Below, piece after piece: positions 20,583 to 29,152 of a stretch of 64,000 nucleotides of DNA. The DNA lies in the NCBI GenBank assembly GCA_026002915.1, contig BPGG01000001.1, forward strand, positions 1,574,463 through 1,638,462. The letters are read 5' to 3'. Each line of letters starts with the position of its first letter. Position 1 is the stretch's first letter. The position numbers were made by a program, and so were the translations under genes. The DNA comes from Acidimicrobiales bacterium. GTDB lineage: Bacteria > Actinomycetota > Acidimicrobiia > Acidimicrobiales > BPGG01. The notes below the pieces were generated by a model. That model did no database searches, had not been told where the DNA came from, and was given only the letters and a program-made list of their open reading frames with translations.

Positions 20583-20980
20583 CTCGTAGGAGCGTCCGTC
20601 CGCAGCATGACAAAGGCCACCGAGCCAGCAGACGCCAAGCACGCGGCGAAAGTGGCGATCGAATAGACGAGGGCCGTGGTCACGTGTCTGGTCTCGAGGA
20701 GCCTGACGATCTCGATGGCGAAGGTCGAGAATGTCGTCAGACCCCCGCACAGGCCGACCTCCAAGAGGTCTGACAGGGGTGGGTTCACGCCATGTTTGCG
20801 CCTTAAGTGCACGACGACACCGGCGAGGAGGCCACTTCCGGTCACGTTCGCCACGGGCGTCCCCCAGTGGAGAGGACCACTCTGGGGGAGAAGGACCGTG
20901 AGAAGCCACCTCAGTGAAGCACCCAGCATCCCCCCCACTGCGATGGCGGCTACTTCTGTAGGCCCCCGACGGGCGGTCAC
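20579..20980 (-). CDS. crcB: Fluoride channel CrcB/FEX subunit
   Basis: 133 aa. GMLGASLRW and CGGLTTFSTF motifs. GTG start. Confidence 0.85.
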   Translation of the reverse strand: MTARRGPTEVAAIAVGGMLGASLRWLLTVLLPQSGPLHWGTPVANVTGSGLLAGVVVHLRRKHGVNPPLSDLLEVGLCGGLTTFSTFAIEIVRLLETRHVTTALVYSIATFAACLASAGSVAFVMLRTDAPTR

Positions 20981-21037
20981 CTCGAGCCCTTCCTCAGCTC
21001 GGATGTCAGAGCGTCCACACGACGTTTCTACACGTCG

Positions 21038-22030
21038 TCACTCGCCGAGTTGGGTCACCTTCGCAGCACGGGACGGGGGATTCACAGCACCGGACGCGGG
21101 ACCAGATGCTTCCGACCCGGTCGGCTCACCGTGGCTTCCGTGTCCGGGTTTGGGAGTCGGCGAGTCGGACTCGGTGTCATGGCGACTCATAGGGCGAGGA
21201 GCCGTTCGACGTGAGACGAAGAGAATGGTTGCCAGGACGACGAGGAACGTTCCCGCAAGGGTTGGTGCCCCGGTACGGCGGACCCAGTTGGTCAGCGTGG
21301 AGTTCAGTTGGAATATCCATCCAGCCGGACCCCCGACGTCCCGGCCGGAGCCGAAGACGAGGAGCTCGTAGATTCCGAAATAGACCAGGTAAGCACCCGC
21401 TGCGATCACCAAGGTGTTGGAGAACTTGCGCACATACCGGCTGGCGCGCTTCATCTTCGTGATCGCACCGTCCCTGGCTCCCGCCACCGCGACCGTCAGG
21501 AACGCGAGCGTGAGACCCATTCCCAGGCCGTATACGACGAACGTCGCGATTCCCGAGAGCACGTTGGCGTCCGTGAAAGTGGCCGACGTTACGGCGAGGA
21601 ACGGTCCGATCGTGCATGAGAGAGAGGCGGTGGCGTACGAGGCGCCGAAAGCCATCATCGAGAGCACGGAACGCCTGTCGCCCCCGACCGACAGTTTGGG
21701 CAACCACCGGGTGATGTCGAAACCCCGCAACTGCGCCAAGCCGAGCGCGACGAGGCCGGTTCCGATCAGGATCGTGAACCAGGGCAGACGATCCTGGACC
21801 GTGAGCGAGAACGTCTCGATCAGGGTCCCCACCGTGGCGAACACCAGGAGGAAGCCAGCGGTGACTGATGCCGCCACGGCGACGGCACCGCTCAGAGAAG
21901 TCGAGGCTCGCGATTCACCTTCGAGGCCGAGGAAGAACGAGAGGTACGCCGGGAGCATGGCGAACCCGCACGGGTTCACCACGGCGACCATTCCCATCGC
22001 GAGGGCCAAGGCGAGTGGCGCGTCGATCAC
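21038..22030 (-). CDS. ccdA: Cytochrome c biogenesis thiol-reductant transporter CcdA/DsbD family
   Basis: VNPCGFAMLPAYLSFF and ASLSCTIGPF Cys motifs. GTG at 22030 lies 9 nt after GGAGGG. Pro/Ser/Gly-rich C-terminal tail. Confidence 0.8.
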   Translation of the reverse strand: MIDAPLALALAMGMVAVVNPCGFAMLPAYLSFFLGLEGESRASTSLSGAVAVAASVTAGFLLVFATVGTLIETFSLTVQDRLPWFTILIGTGLVALGLAQLRGFDITRWLPKLSVGGDRRSVLSMMAFGASYATASLSCTIGPFLAVTSATFTDANVLSGIATFVVYGLGMGLTLAFLTVAVAGARDGAITKMKRASRYVRKFSNTLVIAAGAYLVYFGIYELLVFGSGRDVGGPAGWIFQLNSTLTNWVRRTGAPTLAGTFLVVLATILFVSRRTAPRPMSRHDTESDSPTPKPGHGSHGEPTGSEASGPASGAVNPPSRAAKVTQLGE

Positions 22031-22082
22031 GCCCACGCCCTCCTGGTTGGACAGCAGCGACGAGAACAGGTGGACGGACTGC

Positions 22083-22682
22083 TCACCCGAACAACTCCTC
22101 GATCCGGGACCGCAGGTCTGCCGCAGTGAGCGCGCCGCTGTGGACGTCGAGAAGTTCACCATCGGCTGACACGAACGCTGTGCTCGGCATCGCCAAGCCG
22201 CCCACCTCTCTGAGGAGGAGACCACTGGGGTCGCGGAGGGTGGTGAATGTGACCCCGGTCTGCCGAACGACGCGCCGGCCGTCCTCCCGCGCGTCCTCGT
22301 GGTTCACGCCGATGAACGTGACTCGCCCCTCGGTCTCCCCGTGCACCTTCTCGAAGTCGGGGAGCTCGGTGAGGCAGGGAACGCACCACGAGGCGAAGAA
22401 GTTCACCACCAACGGTTTCCCCCGAAAGTCTGCGAGCGTTCCCTCGCGTCCGTCCCAATACTCGAGTCGAACGGCCTGCCAAGACTCGCCCCTCGTAGAG
22501 CCGGATCCATCGGCCGACTCGACGCGGTCGGGGCGGGAGTCGACGGATGCCGTCTCCCGTCGGGACAACCACAGAGCCGCGCCCGCCACGATCAGGAGTA
22601 GGCCCGCGGCGATGCGACGCATCGACGCCGCGGCAGAGAATCTCCGTCGACGAGGTGGAACGCTCGTGTCGTCGGCCTTCAT
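22083..22682 (-). CDS. TlpA/ResA-like thiol-disulfide oxidoreductase (membrane-anchored thioredoxin fold)
   Basis: N-terminal TM segment and FFASWCVPC active site. Upstream of ccdA. Confidence 0.85.
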   Translation of the reverse strand: MKADDTSVPPRRRRFSAAASMRRIAAGLLLIVAGAALWLSRRETASVDSRPDRVESADGSGSTRGESWQAVRLEYWDGREGTLADFRGKPLVVNFFASWCVPCLTELPDFEKVHGETEGRVTFIGVNHEDAREDGRRVVRQTGVTFTTLRDPSGLLLREVGGLAMPSTAFVSADGELLDVHSGALTAADLRSRIEELFG

Positions 22683-22780
22683 AGGTTTCGCCGTTCCCGC
22701 ACCCTAGCCAACGTCCGAGGAAACTGATCCGCGGTCCGACCTATTCCCGCATAGCCGCATGGCTTTCCGCATGGCCACGT

Positions 22781-23602
22781 GTGCGACCGTCGGAACACTT
22801 CGTCGGGCGGCGGCGCGCGTTAGCGTCCCCTGGCGTGCATGCAGGCGACGCTGTGCCGTTGGAACCCCCGGCGCCTGGGACGCGAGTCCACACGGCTGTC
22901 CGAGCTCTTCGGTCGTGGGAGCGTGCCGCCGACGGACGTGTGCGCTTCGACACCGTCGCCAGGTGGGCCCAAGACGTCGCAGAGGACGCGTCTTCGTCGC
23001 GAGACGACAACGAGGGGTCTGCCCCGGTGTGGGTCGTGAAGACGGCGTGGATCCGCATAGATACACGGCCGGTCTGCGAGCGAGAGCTCCAAGTTGCGAC
23101 ATGGTGCGACGGATACGGACGGGCGTGGGCGCGCAGGAGGGTCGACATCGCAGGCGAGAGGTGTGTCGCGCGCTGTTCCACGACGTGGATCTCGGTCGAC
23201 CGCGCGAGCGGTTCGCCGAGACCTCTCGATCAGCGAGCCATGGAGATCCTGGAAAAGGTTTGCAGGCGGCGTACGGGAGTGCCGCGTCTGCGCATCGTCG
23301 AGCCTCCGCCCGAGGCATCCACCCACACGTGGCATATCCGGGCGAGCGACTTCGATCTCCTGGGTCACGTGAACAACGCCGCCTACCTCGAGGCCGTGGA
23401 AGAGATCCTCGCCGAGGCCGAACACCTCGACGGCTCTCCCTCGACCATCGACGTATACGCGCAGTACGAGCGTCCGGTGAACAGCCGTATGGATCTCGGT
23501 CTGCACTGGTGGTCCGACGGATCGGATCTCCGCGTGTGGCTGTGCGACGACCGAGGTGTCGTCTTCTATGCGGTGTGTTCCGCCTCTCAGCCTGCAGAGT
23601 GA
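22781..23602 (+). CDS. Acyl-ACP thioesterase-like double hot-dog protein
   Basis: W..K....I....P...E.L.V.TW in the first half and RASDFDLLGHVNNAAYLE in the second half. The start is uncertain (GTG alternatives at 22835 and 22853). Confidence 0.6.
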   Translation: MRPSEHFVGRRRALASPGVHAGDAVPLEPPAPGTRVHTAVRALRSWERAADGRVRFDTVARWAQDVAEDASSSRDDNEGSAPVWVVKTAWIRIDTRPVCERELQVATWCDGYGRAWARRRVDIAGERCVARCSTTWISVDRASGSPRPLDQRAMEILEKVCRRRTGVPRLRIVEPPPEASTHTWHIRASDFDLLGHVNNAAYLEAVEEILAEAEHLDGSPSTIDVYAQYERPVNSRMDLGLHWWSDGSDLRVWLCDDRGVVFYAVCSASQPAE

Positions 23603-24822
23603 CCGTGGGCATCCAAGGCGGCTTCCGCCGCGGCGATGATGCGGGCGCTGCATCCGGCCATGGAGAGCGCGGGAGCGGCCTCTTCGGCGATGACGGCGGC
23701 GAGGCGGCGGAAGGCGTCGGCGGCCTCTCCAGAGGCGAGGACCACAGGCTCGCCTCGATCCGACCCGTCCGCGACCGCGGGTTCGAGAGGTATGGATCCC
23801 AGCAGTGGTACGCCGGCCTCTGTCGCCAGCAGCTGCCCCCCACCGCTGCCGAAGAGTCGATAGGTCTCCCCGTGGGCACACGTGAACGAACTCATGTTCT
23901 CGACGGCGCCGACCACTCTTAGATAGCTCTTCCTGGCCATGTTCACGGCCCGAATCGCCACCTTCTGGGCGGATATCGCCGGCGTGGTGACCACGATCAT
24001 CTCCGTCCGAGGGAGCATCCTCGCCAAGCCCATCTGCACGTCGCCCGTTCCGGGCGGCATGTCGATGAGCAGGTAATCCAGCTCTCCCCAGGCCACGTCC
24101 TCGAGGAAGTGCCTCACCGCCCTGGAGAGGATCAAGCCTCTCCACATCAGCGCGGAGGACTCGTCGTCCACGAGGAGACCCATCGAGACGATCTCGAGGA
24201 CTCCGTTCCCCACCTTCTTGCGGGCCGGGAGGATCCTGCGCTTCTCCCCGCTGTTCGTCCCCCGCAACCGGCCTTCGACCCCCAGCATCCGAGGCACCGA
24301 GAACCCCCAGATGTCGGCGTCCAGCACTCCGACTCTGAGTCCCCTCAGTGCCAGGGCGGCAGCCAGGTTCACCGTCACCGAGGTCTTGCCCACGCCTCCC
24401 TTGCCGGACGCCACTGCGAGCACGCGCGCCTCTGGCGGAACTTCTGTGTCGGGAGCCTCGGCGGCCGCGTTCTTACGAGCGGTCGCCATGGCACGAGCCT
24501 TCTCCTCGGGGGTCATCTCCGCCCAGGTGATGGAGACGGATCGCACGCCGGGCAGCCCCCCGATCCTGGCCTCGACGTCCCGCTTGATTTGCGCCCGTAA
24601 GGGGCAACCGGCCGTGGTGAGCGCCATCACCAGTTCCACGTCGCCATCAGGCGAAAGCCTCACGTCGCGCACCATGCCCAGCGAGACGATGTCCGAGCGG
24701 AGCTCGGGATCCACCACGCCCGCCAAGAGGCGCAGGATCTCTTCTCTCGAAGCCAAAGCAGACCGATCGTGTTGCGGCCGATCACGCGCCGAGTCGCCTT
24801 CGGCTCTGCTCGACGCGTCCAT
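23587..24822 (-). CDS. mrp: Fe-S cluster carrier ATPase Mrp/ApbC with N-terminal DUF59 domain
   Basis: DUF59-like VVDPELRSDIVSLGMV...TTAGCPL, then SGKGGVGKTSV and the CxxC-type FTCAHGE. I place the ATG at 24822; the longer track ORF to 25200 is discarded. Confidence 0.9.
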   Translation of the reverse strand: MDASSRAEGDSARDRPQHDRSALASREEILRLLAGVVDPELRSDIVSLGMVRDVRLSPDGDVELVMALTTAGCPLRAQIKRDVEARIGGLPGVRSVSITWAEMTPEEKARAMATARKNAAAEAPDTEVPPEARVLAVASGKGGVGKTSVTVNLAAALALRGLRVGVLDADIWGFSVPRMLGVEGRLRGTNSGEKRRILPARKKVGNGVLEIVSMGLLVDDESSALMWRGLILSRAVRHFLEDVAWGELDYLLIDMPPGTGDVQMGLARMLPRTEMIVVTTPAISAQKVAIRAVNMARKSYLRVVGAVENMSSFTCAHGETYRLFGSGGGQLLATEAGVPLLGSIPLEPAVADGSDRGEPVVLASGEAADAFRRLAAVIAEEAAPALSMAGCSARIIAAAEAALDAHGHSAG

Positions 24823-24849
24823 GTCGGGGAATTTTACCGGCCGAGCCCG

Positions 24850-24855
24850 TATATT
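24850..24855 (+). promoter_or_regulatory. Candidate -10 hexamer TATATT placed for a leaderless transcript of the ArsR-type regulator
   Basis: TATATT ends 8 nt before the GTG at 24864. It sits in the only AT-rich patch of the 41-bp mrp/regulator divergent spacer. No convincing -35. Confidence 0.25.
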
Positions 24856-24863
24856 CTCGCGTC

Positions 24864-25607
24864 GTGGTCGGAACGGAGACCGACTCGTCGAACGCGACCG
24901 GTACTGGATACTCTCGCGGACCTCGCCCCGGCTCGCTACCACGGCTCGATCTGCTGAAGGCACTCGGCGACAACACGCGCTATGCCATCTACCTCGAGAT
25001 CGCTCGTTCCGCAGTTCCTCTGTCGGCATCGCAGATCGCAGAGAGTCTGGGCCTACACGTGAACACCGTCCGGCCCCACCTCGAACGCATGCGGGACGTC
25101 GGGCTGTTGGTGCAGACGGTGGGGCCGGCACGGGGGGTGGGTCGCCCTCAGCACCTGTGGTCGCTCGCGCCGGATGCGCCGTCGCTGGGGCTCGAGCCAC
25201 CTGTCTTCCCCTTGTTGGCCCGTCTGCTGCTCGATGTGGCGAGCGCTGCAGGTGCCGAAGCGGAGCTGGCCGAGCAGGTCGGCGAGGAGCAAGGCGAGCT
25301 AGAGGCGGATCGCCGCAAGAGCAGCGACGACGTGGTCTTCGAAGTGGTCCGGTTCCTCGAAGATCTCGGGTTCGACCCGGAGCTCGTCTCCGACACGGCA
25401 GATGGAATCGAACGGATCACCGTCGCATTCACGCATTGCCCGTTCGAAGAACTCGCGCGCCGTCGCCCTGACCTCGTCTGTGCTCTCCACGAAGGGCTCG
25501 TCAGCGGCTTCGTGTCCAAGTGCGGACGGGGTGAGATCTGCGGGTTCAGGAGCATTGCCGACAAAGACCCGTGTCAGGTCGACCTCGTAGTGGGGGTCGG
25601 CTCATGA
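24864..25607 (+). CDS. ArsR-family winged-helix regulator with Cys-rich C-terminal domain (SufR-like candidate)
   Basis: wHTH LKALGDNTRYAIYLEI...SASQIAESLGLHVNTVRPHLERM. C-terminal C-x13-C-x13-C-x5-C. Confidence 0.75.
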   Translation: MVGTETDSSNATGTGYSRGPRPGSLPRLDLLKALGDNTRYAIYLEIARSAVPLSASQIAESLGLHVNTVRPHLERMRDVGLLVQTVGPARGVGRPQHLWSLAPDAPSLGLEPPVFPLLARLLLDVASAAGAEAELAEQVGEEQGELEADRRKSSDDVVFEVVRFLEDLGFDPELVSDTADGIERITVAFTHCPFEELARRRPDLVCALHEGLVSGFVSKCGRGEICGFRSIADKDPCQVDLVVGVGS

Positions 25608-25713
25608 GAGCCGCCGCGCCGACGGTCTCCGGTCCCTCCGCGCGCCGGACGTGCACGAAGGGTGCCTACACTAGGGTCTCGATCGCTTCCCACGACCGAT
25701 CCGGGGAGGACGC

Positions 25714-26034
25714 GTGATCACTCTCACCGAAAGCGCAGCGACGAAGGTCAAGCAGCTCCTCGAAGCAGAGGGCGAGGAGGGACTGGCTCTGAGAGTGGCC
25801 GTGCGGCCGGGGGGTTGCTCGGGCTTCTCCTACGAGATGTTCTTCGACGGTGAGATCAGGGAAGACGACATAACAGAGGAGTTCGATGGGGTGCGGGTGG
25901 TGGTCGACCCGGAGAGCGCGAAGCTTCTCAGAGGTGCGACTCTCGACTACAAGGACTCGCTTTCCGAAGCGGGGTTCTCGATCACCAACCCCAACGCCAC
26001 GAGCACCTGCGGGTGCGGAAAGTCCTTCTGCTGA
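25714..26034 (+). CDS. A-type Fe-S cluster carrier (HesB/IscA/ErpA family)
   Basis: 106 aa. RPGGCSGFSY and C-terminal CGCGKSF. GTG follows GGGGAGGA. Confidence 0.9.
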   Translation: MITLTESAATKVKQLLEAEGEEGLALRVAVRPGGCSGFSYEMFFDGEIREDDITEEFDGVRVVVDPESAKLLRGATLDYKDSLSEAGFSITNPNATSTCGCGKSFC

Positions 26035-26101
26035 AAGACGGGGTCGATCGCCTCGGGTCGAACTCCGACCCGCGCTTCTCGGACCCGAGCGAGATCGCAC
26101 T

Positions 26102-27061
26102 TCATGCCGTGAGCTGCCTCAGAGACTCGGCGAGTTCGCTCTCGTCCCACACGAAGTCGAGCCGCTTCACCAACACCCCGCGTCCGTCCAACAGGAACAG
26201 AGACGGCTCGAACGTCAGCCCGTAGGCGTCGACCGCAGGTACCAGGTCGGCCTCGGCCAGATCGTCCACCTCCCCGGCGTTCGAGTAGACCTCGCTGTGA
26301 ACGTAGGTGACCGTCGGGAACCGCGGTGCGACCTCCACCAAGAGATCGAGTGTCGGGCCACATATCCCCGTCTGGCAGAACGCCGGCGTGGAGAGCGTGA
26401 AGGCGACCGGATGTCCCTTGCCGAGCACGGCTGCCAACGAGTGTCGGTGGAAGGGACAAGGGGGCTTCCGGGTGCAGATCGGGTTCACGCCCATCGGATC
26501 GTCCGTGGTGGCCGTCTCCACCGGTCTCAGTCGGTCACCGGGTTGCGGGATCCTCACATCTGCACGTTCTGAGACTGCGAAGGCGGACACCAGTCGCTCG
26601 CCGTCCACCTCTGTGTATATGTCGAAGGTGCCTGCCGCCTGAGGGATGAACTCGACCGCGTAATAGGGGCGGGGAACACCGTCGGCTCGGAGCGCCGCGA
26701 GCTTCCTCACGGGTTTCGCAGCATCCTCTCTCGAGTCGATGACGAACTCGAGCTCTCTCGGGGCGTCACGCGTGATGACCCCCTCGGCGTCGGCCAGGGC
26801 GTACACCAGCCGCTGGACTCGTCCGGCGACCAGATATCCACCCTCTGCAGGGAACACGGGCCTGAGGAAGTGGGAGGTGTCGCTCCGGGTGTCGTCCGGC
26901 GTTCCCGAACGACGAGCGTCGGACTCCTCCTGCGGCTCCTCGTCGGTGGCCGTGCCGCATGCAGCGAAAAGCACACCTCCGCCCACGGCCAGCAGAAACG
27001 ACCGTCGGGTGAAGAATGGCCGGCCGCTGTCGGCTCGGCGCCTCGCGTGCCGTGGTCCCAC
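26102..27061 (-). CDS. Secreted (Tat-signal/lipobox-like) protein with C-terminal thioredoxin-like region
   Basis: RRSFLLAVGGGVLFAACG at the N-terminus. C-terminal FCQTGICGP and LFLLDGRGVLV resemble a redoxin fold. Family not recognised. Confidence 0.55.
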   Translation of the reverse strand: MGPRHARRRADSGRPFFTRRSFLLAVGGGVLFAACGTATDEEPQEESDARRSGTPDDTRSDTSHFLRPVFPAEGGYLVAGRVQRLVYALADAEGVITRDAPRELEFVIDSREDAAKPVRKLAALRADGVPRPYYAVEFIPQAAGTFDIYTEVDGERLVSAFAVSERADVRIPQPGDRLRPVETATTDDPMGVNPICTRKPPCPFHRHSLAAVLGKGHPVAFTLSTPAFCQTGICGPTLDLLVEVAPRFPTVTYVHSEVYSNAGEVDDLAEADLVPAVDAYGLTFEPSLFLLDGRGVLVKRLDFVWDESELAESLRQLTA

Positions 27062-27085
27062 GCCTGGGAACCTAGTCTTGGCTCA

Positions 27086-28672
27086 GTGGCGGTGGAATTC
27101 GAGCTCGACGGTGTAGCGGTTCGGGTGGTCGACGAATCCGCCTCGTTGCTGGAGGCGCTGCGTGGAGAGCTCCGCGTGCGCTCGGTGAAAGACGGCTGCA
27201 GCCCTCAAGGCCAGTGCGGGTGCTGCACGGTCTTGGTGGACGGCGCTCCACGGGTGGCGTGTGTCACACCCGTGCGGAGGGTTCGGGGCAGGCGGGTCAC
27301 CACCCTCGAGGGGCTGGACGAGTCGACGCGGGGCTTGTGGGCGAAGGCGTTTTGCGCCTGTGGAGCGAGCCAGTGCGGCTTCTGCACCCCAGGGATCGTC
27401 CTGCGCTTGGAGGCTCTGCGCCGTGCTGGCAGTGTGCGCGATCTGGGGGCCGTCGAGCGTGCCCTGTCTGCTCATCTGTGCCGGTGCACCGGTTGGCGGA
27501 CGATTCTGGAGGCGTGGGAGCTGGCTTGCGGGAGCACTGCGGATGTCGCGTCCGGCCCACGCGACCTCGAGCTTCCGCCCAGAGACGCCAAAGGGGCCGA
27601 GGCGCGTGCCCTCATCGAAGGGGGGGTGTCTCAAAGAGTCGGACCGGAGGTCGTCTTGGGCCAGGGCGGCTTTGCCTCCGACACGGCTCCCCCTGACTGC
27701 CTCATCGCGGTTCCCGACCAACACGGGGAGTGGCACGTGGCCGAGACTCTCGCCGAGGCCAGACGCGCTGTCGGCAAGGTGCAGGGCAGGAGGTCGACCG
27801 CACCGGTCGAGCCGCCCTTGTCTCTCCCCGAGGGTCGCTGGGACCTGGCGCTCCGGACGTCGTGGGTCGAACCCGCGTATCTCGAACCCGACGCGAGTTG
27901 GTGTGAGCCCGGTGGAGAACCGTGGTCGCCGGTCGCGAACGGCGGGGCTTTCGGAGGGAAGTCGACCAGTCCACTCCCGGCGGTGGCGAGGAGGCTCGCC
28001 GACGAGTACGGGAAGCCCGTTCTCGCCCTTTGGTGGAGGGAGGACGTAACCAGGCACGGGCCGAAGCGACCGCCGGTGGCGATAGGTGTCGACTCCCGCG
28101 GTCACGGGGTCTGTCGCGTCGTGCGGACGCCCGGGATCGCGGAGAGGATCCGAGCCGTCGACGAGGATCTCGTCGTCGAAGAGGTAGAGGTTCCCGGGCC
28201 GCCGACGTCTGCTGACATCAGAGCTGCCGGGTGGGCGGAGGCGGCGGTCGTCACGTCCGTGGTGAGGGGCACCCCCGGACGAGTCAGGGATCCGTGGGGC
28301 GGGGAGGCGGAGGCGACGGTGGAGGAGGGGAAGGTGTTCGTACGTGTGCGCTGCGGGGATCCTCTCGATCTCGTCACACTCCGCTCGTACTGCATCGGGG
28401 CCGCCCACATGGCGATCGGGTGGGTCACCTCCGAGGGACTCGCGGTCGGGCCCGACGGAGAGGTGCAAGACCTCACCATTCGTTCTTTCGGGGTTCTGAA
28501 GGCGTCGGAAACACCGCCCATCGAGGTGGAAGTCGACGAGTCGGGAGGAGAACCCGTGAGGGCCTCGGACGCGGTGTTCGCAGCAGTGGCCTCCGCCGTG
28601 TGGTATTCACAGGGGTGCCCTGTCGACTGGCCCACCCGGACACGGGTGCGGGAAGCTGCGGGGCGGTGCTGA
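27086..28672 (+). CDS. Fusion of a CoxS/XdhC-type [2Fe-2S] domain with a shortened molybdo-hydroxylase-like domain
   Basis: GCSPQGQCGCCTV...ACV and QCGFCTPG...HLCRCTGW cluster motifs. The C-terminal ~370 aa carry YLEPD, GGAFGGK and other XDH/CODH large-subunit-like blocks. GTG at 27086. Confidence 0.7.
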   Translation: MAVEFELDGVAVRVVDESASLLEALRGELRVRSVKDGCSPQGQCGCCTVLVDGAPRVACVTPVRRVRGRRVTTLEGLDESTRGLWAKAFCACGASQCGFCTPGIVLRLEALRRAGSVRDLGAVERALSAHLCRCTGWRTILEAWELACGSTADVASGPRDLELPPRDAKGAEARALIEGGVSQRVGPEVVLGQGGFASDTAPPDCLIAVPDQHGEWHVAETLAEARRAVGKVQGRRSTAPVEPPLSLPEGRWDLALRTSWVEPAYLEPDASWCEPGGEPWSPVANGGAFGGKSTSPLPAVARRLADEYGKPVLALWWREDVTRHGPKRPPVAIGVDSRGHGVCRVVRTPGIAERIRAVDEDLVVEEVEVPGPPTSADIRAAGWAEAAVVTSVVRGTPGRVRDPWGGEAEATVEEGKVFVRVRCGDPLDLVTLRSYCIGAAHMAIGWVTSEGLAVGPDGEVQDLTIRSFGVLKASETPPIEVEVDESGGEPVRASDAVFAAVASAVWYSQGCPVDWPTRTRVREAAGRC

Positions 28673-28777
28673 CTTCTTCGGAGAGCACAGCTGTCGGAGC
28701 GGACGACCCGGTTTGTCCGTCGGCCACGGGCAGAGGGGCCGGCGTGCCCCGGCGGGCGGAGTGGAGGAGGTAGATCC

Positions 28778-29152
28778 ATGGCGAAACCTGTGGGGCCCTA
28801 CACACCGATCGTCAGGGCCGGGGATTGGCTCGTGGTCTCGGGGCAGGTCGGCCTGGGTCCCGAAGGACTGGTGCACGGCGGTATCGAGGCCGAGACGAAA
28901 CAGGCGATCGCCAACATCGCAGCCCTCCTGCGCTCGGAGGGCGCCGACCTCGGTGACGTGGTCAAGACCACCGTCTTCCTGAGGCACATGCGTGACTACG
29001 CGGCCATGAACGAGGCGTACATGGAGGCGTTCGGGGATCACCGTCCGGCCAGGTCCGCCGTGGCGGTGGCGGAGTTGCCGATCAACGCCCTCGTCGAGAT
29101 AGAGGCCTGGGCTTACGTAGGGGCCCGCGAAGGTTCGGAAATGGGCTCGTGA
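28778..29152 (+). CDS. RidA/YjgF-family reactive-intermediate deaminase
   Basis: 124 aa. PVGPYTPIV..GDWLVVSGQ, DVVKTTVFL and PARSAVAVAELP. Confidence 0.85.
   Translation: MAKPVGPYTPIVRAGDWLVVSGQVGLGPEGLVHGGIEAETKQAIANIAALLRSEGADLGDVVKTTVFLRHMRDYAAMNEAYMEAFGDHRPARSAVAVAELPINALVEIEAWAYVGAREGSEMGS

Noticed and set aside
20981-21037. Looked for a fluoride (crcB-motif) riboswitch upstream of the crcB pair.
   Set aside because: Only 57 nt are available. They contain a short hairpin (CGACGT-n6-ACGTCG) and an SD, but nothing resembling the conserved riboswitch core as I remember it. crcB is probably read through from ccdA or from its own small promoter.
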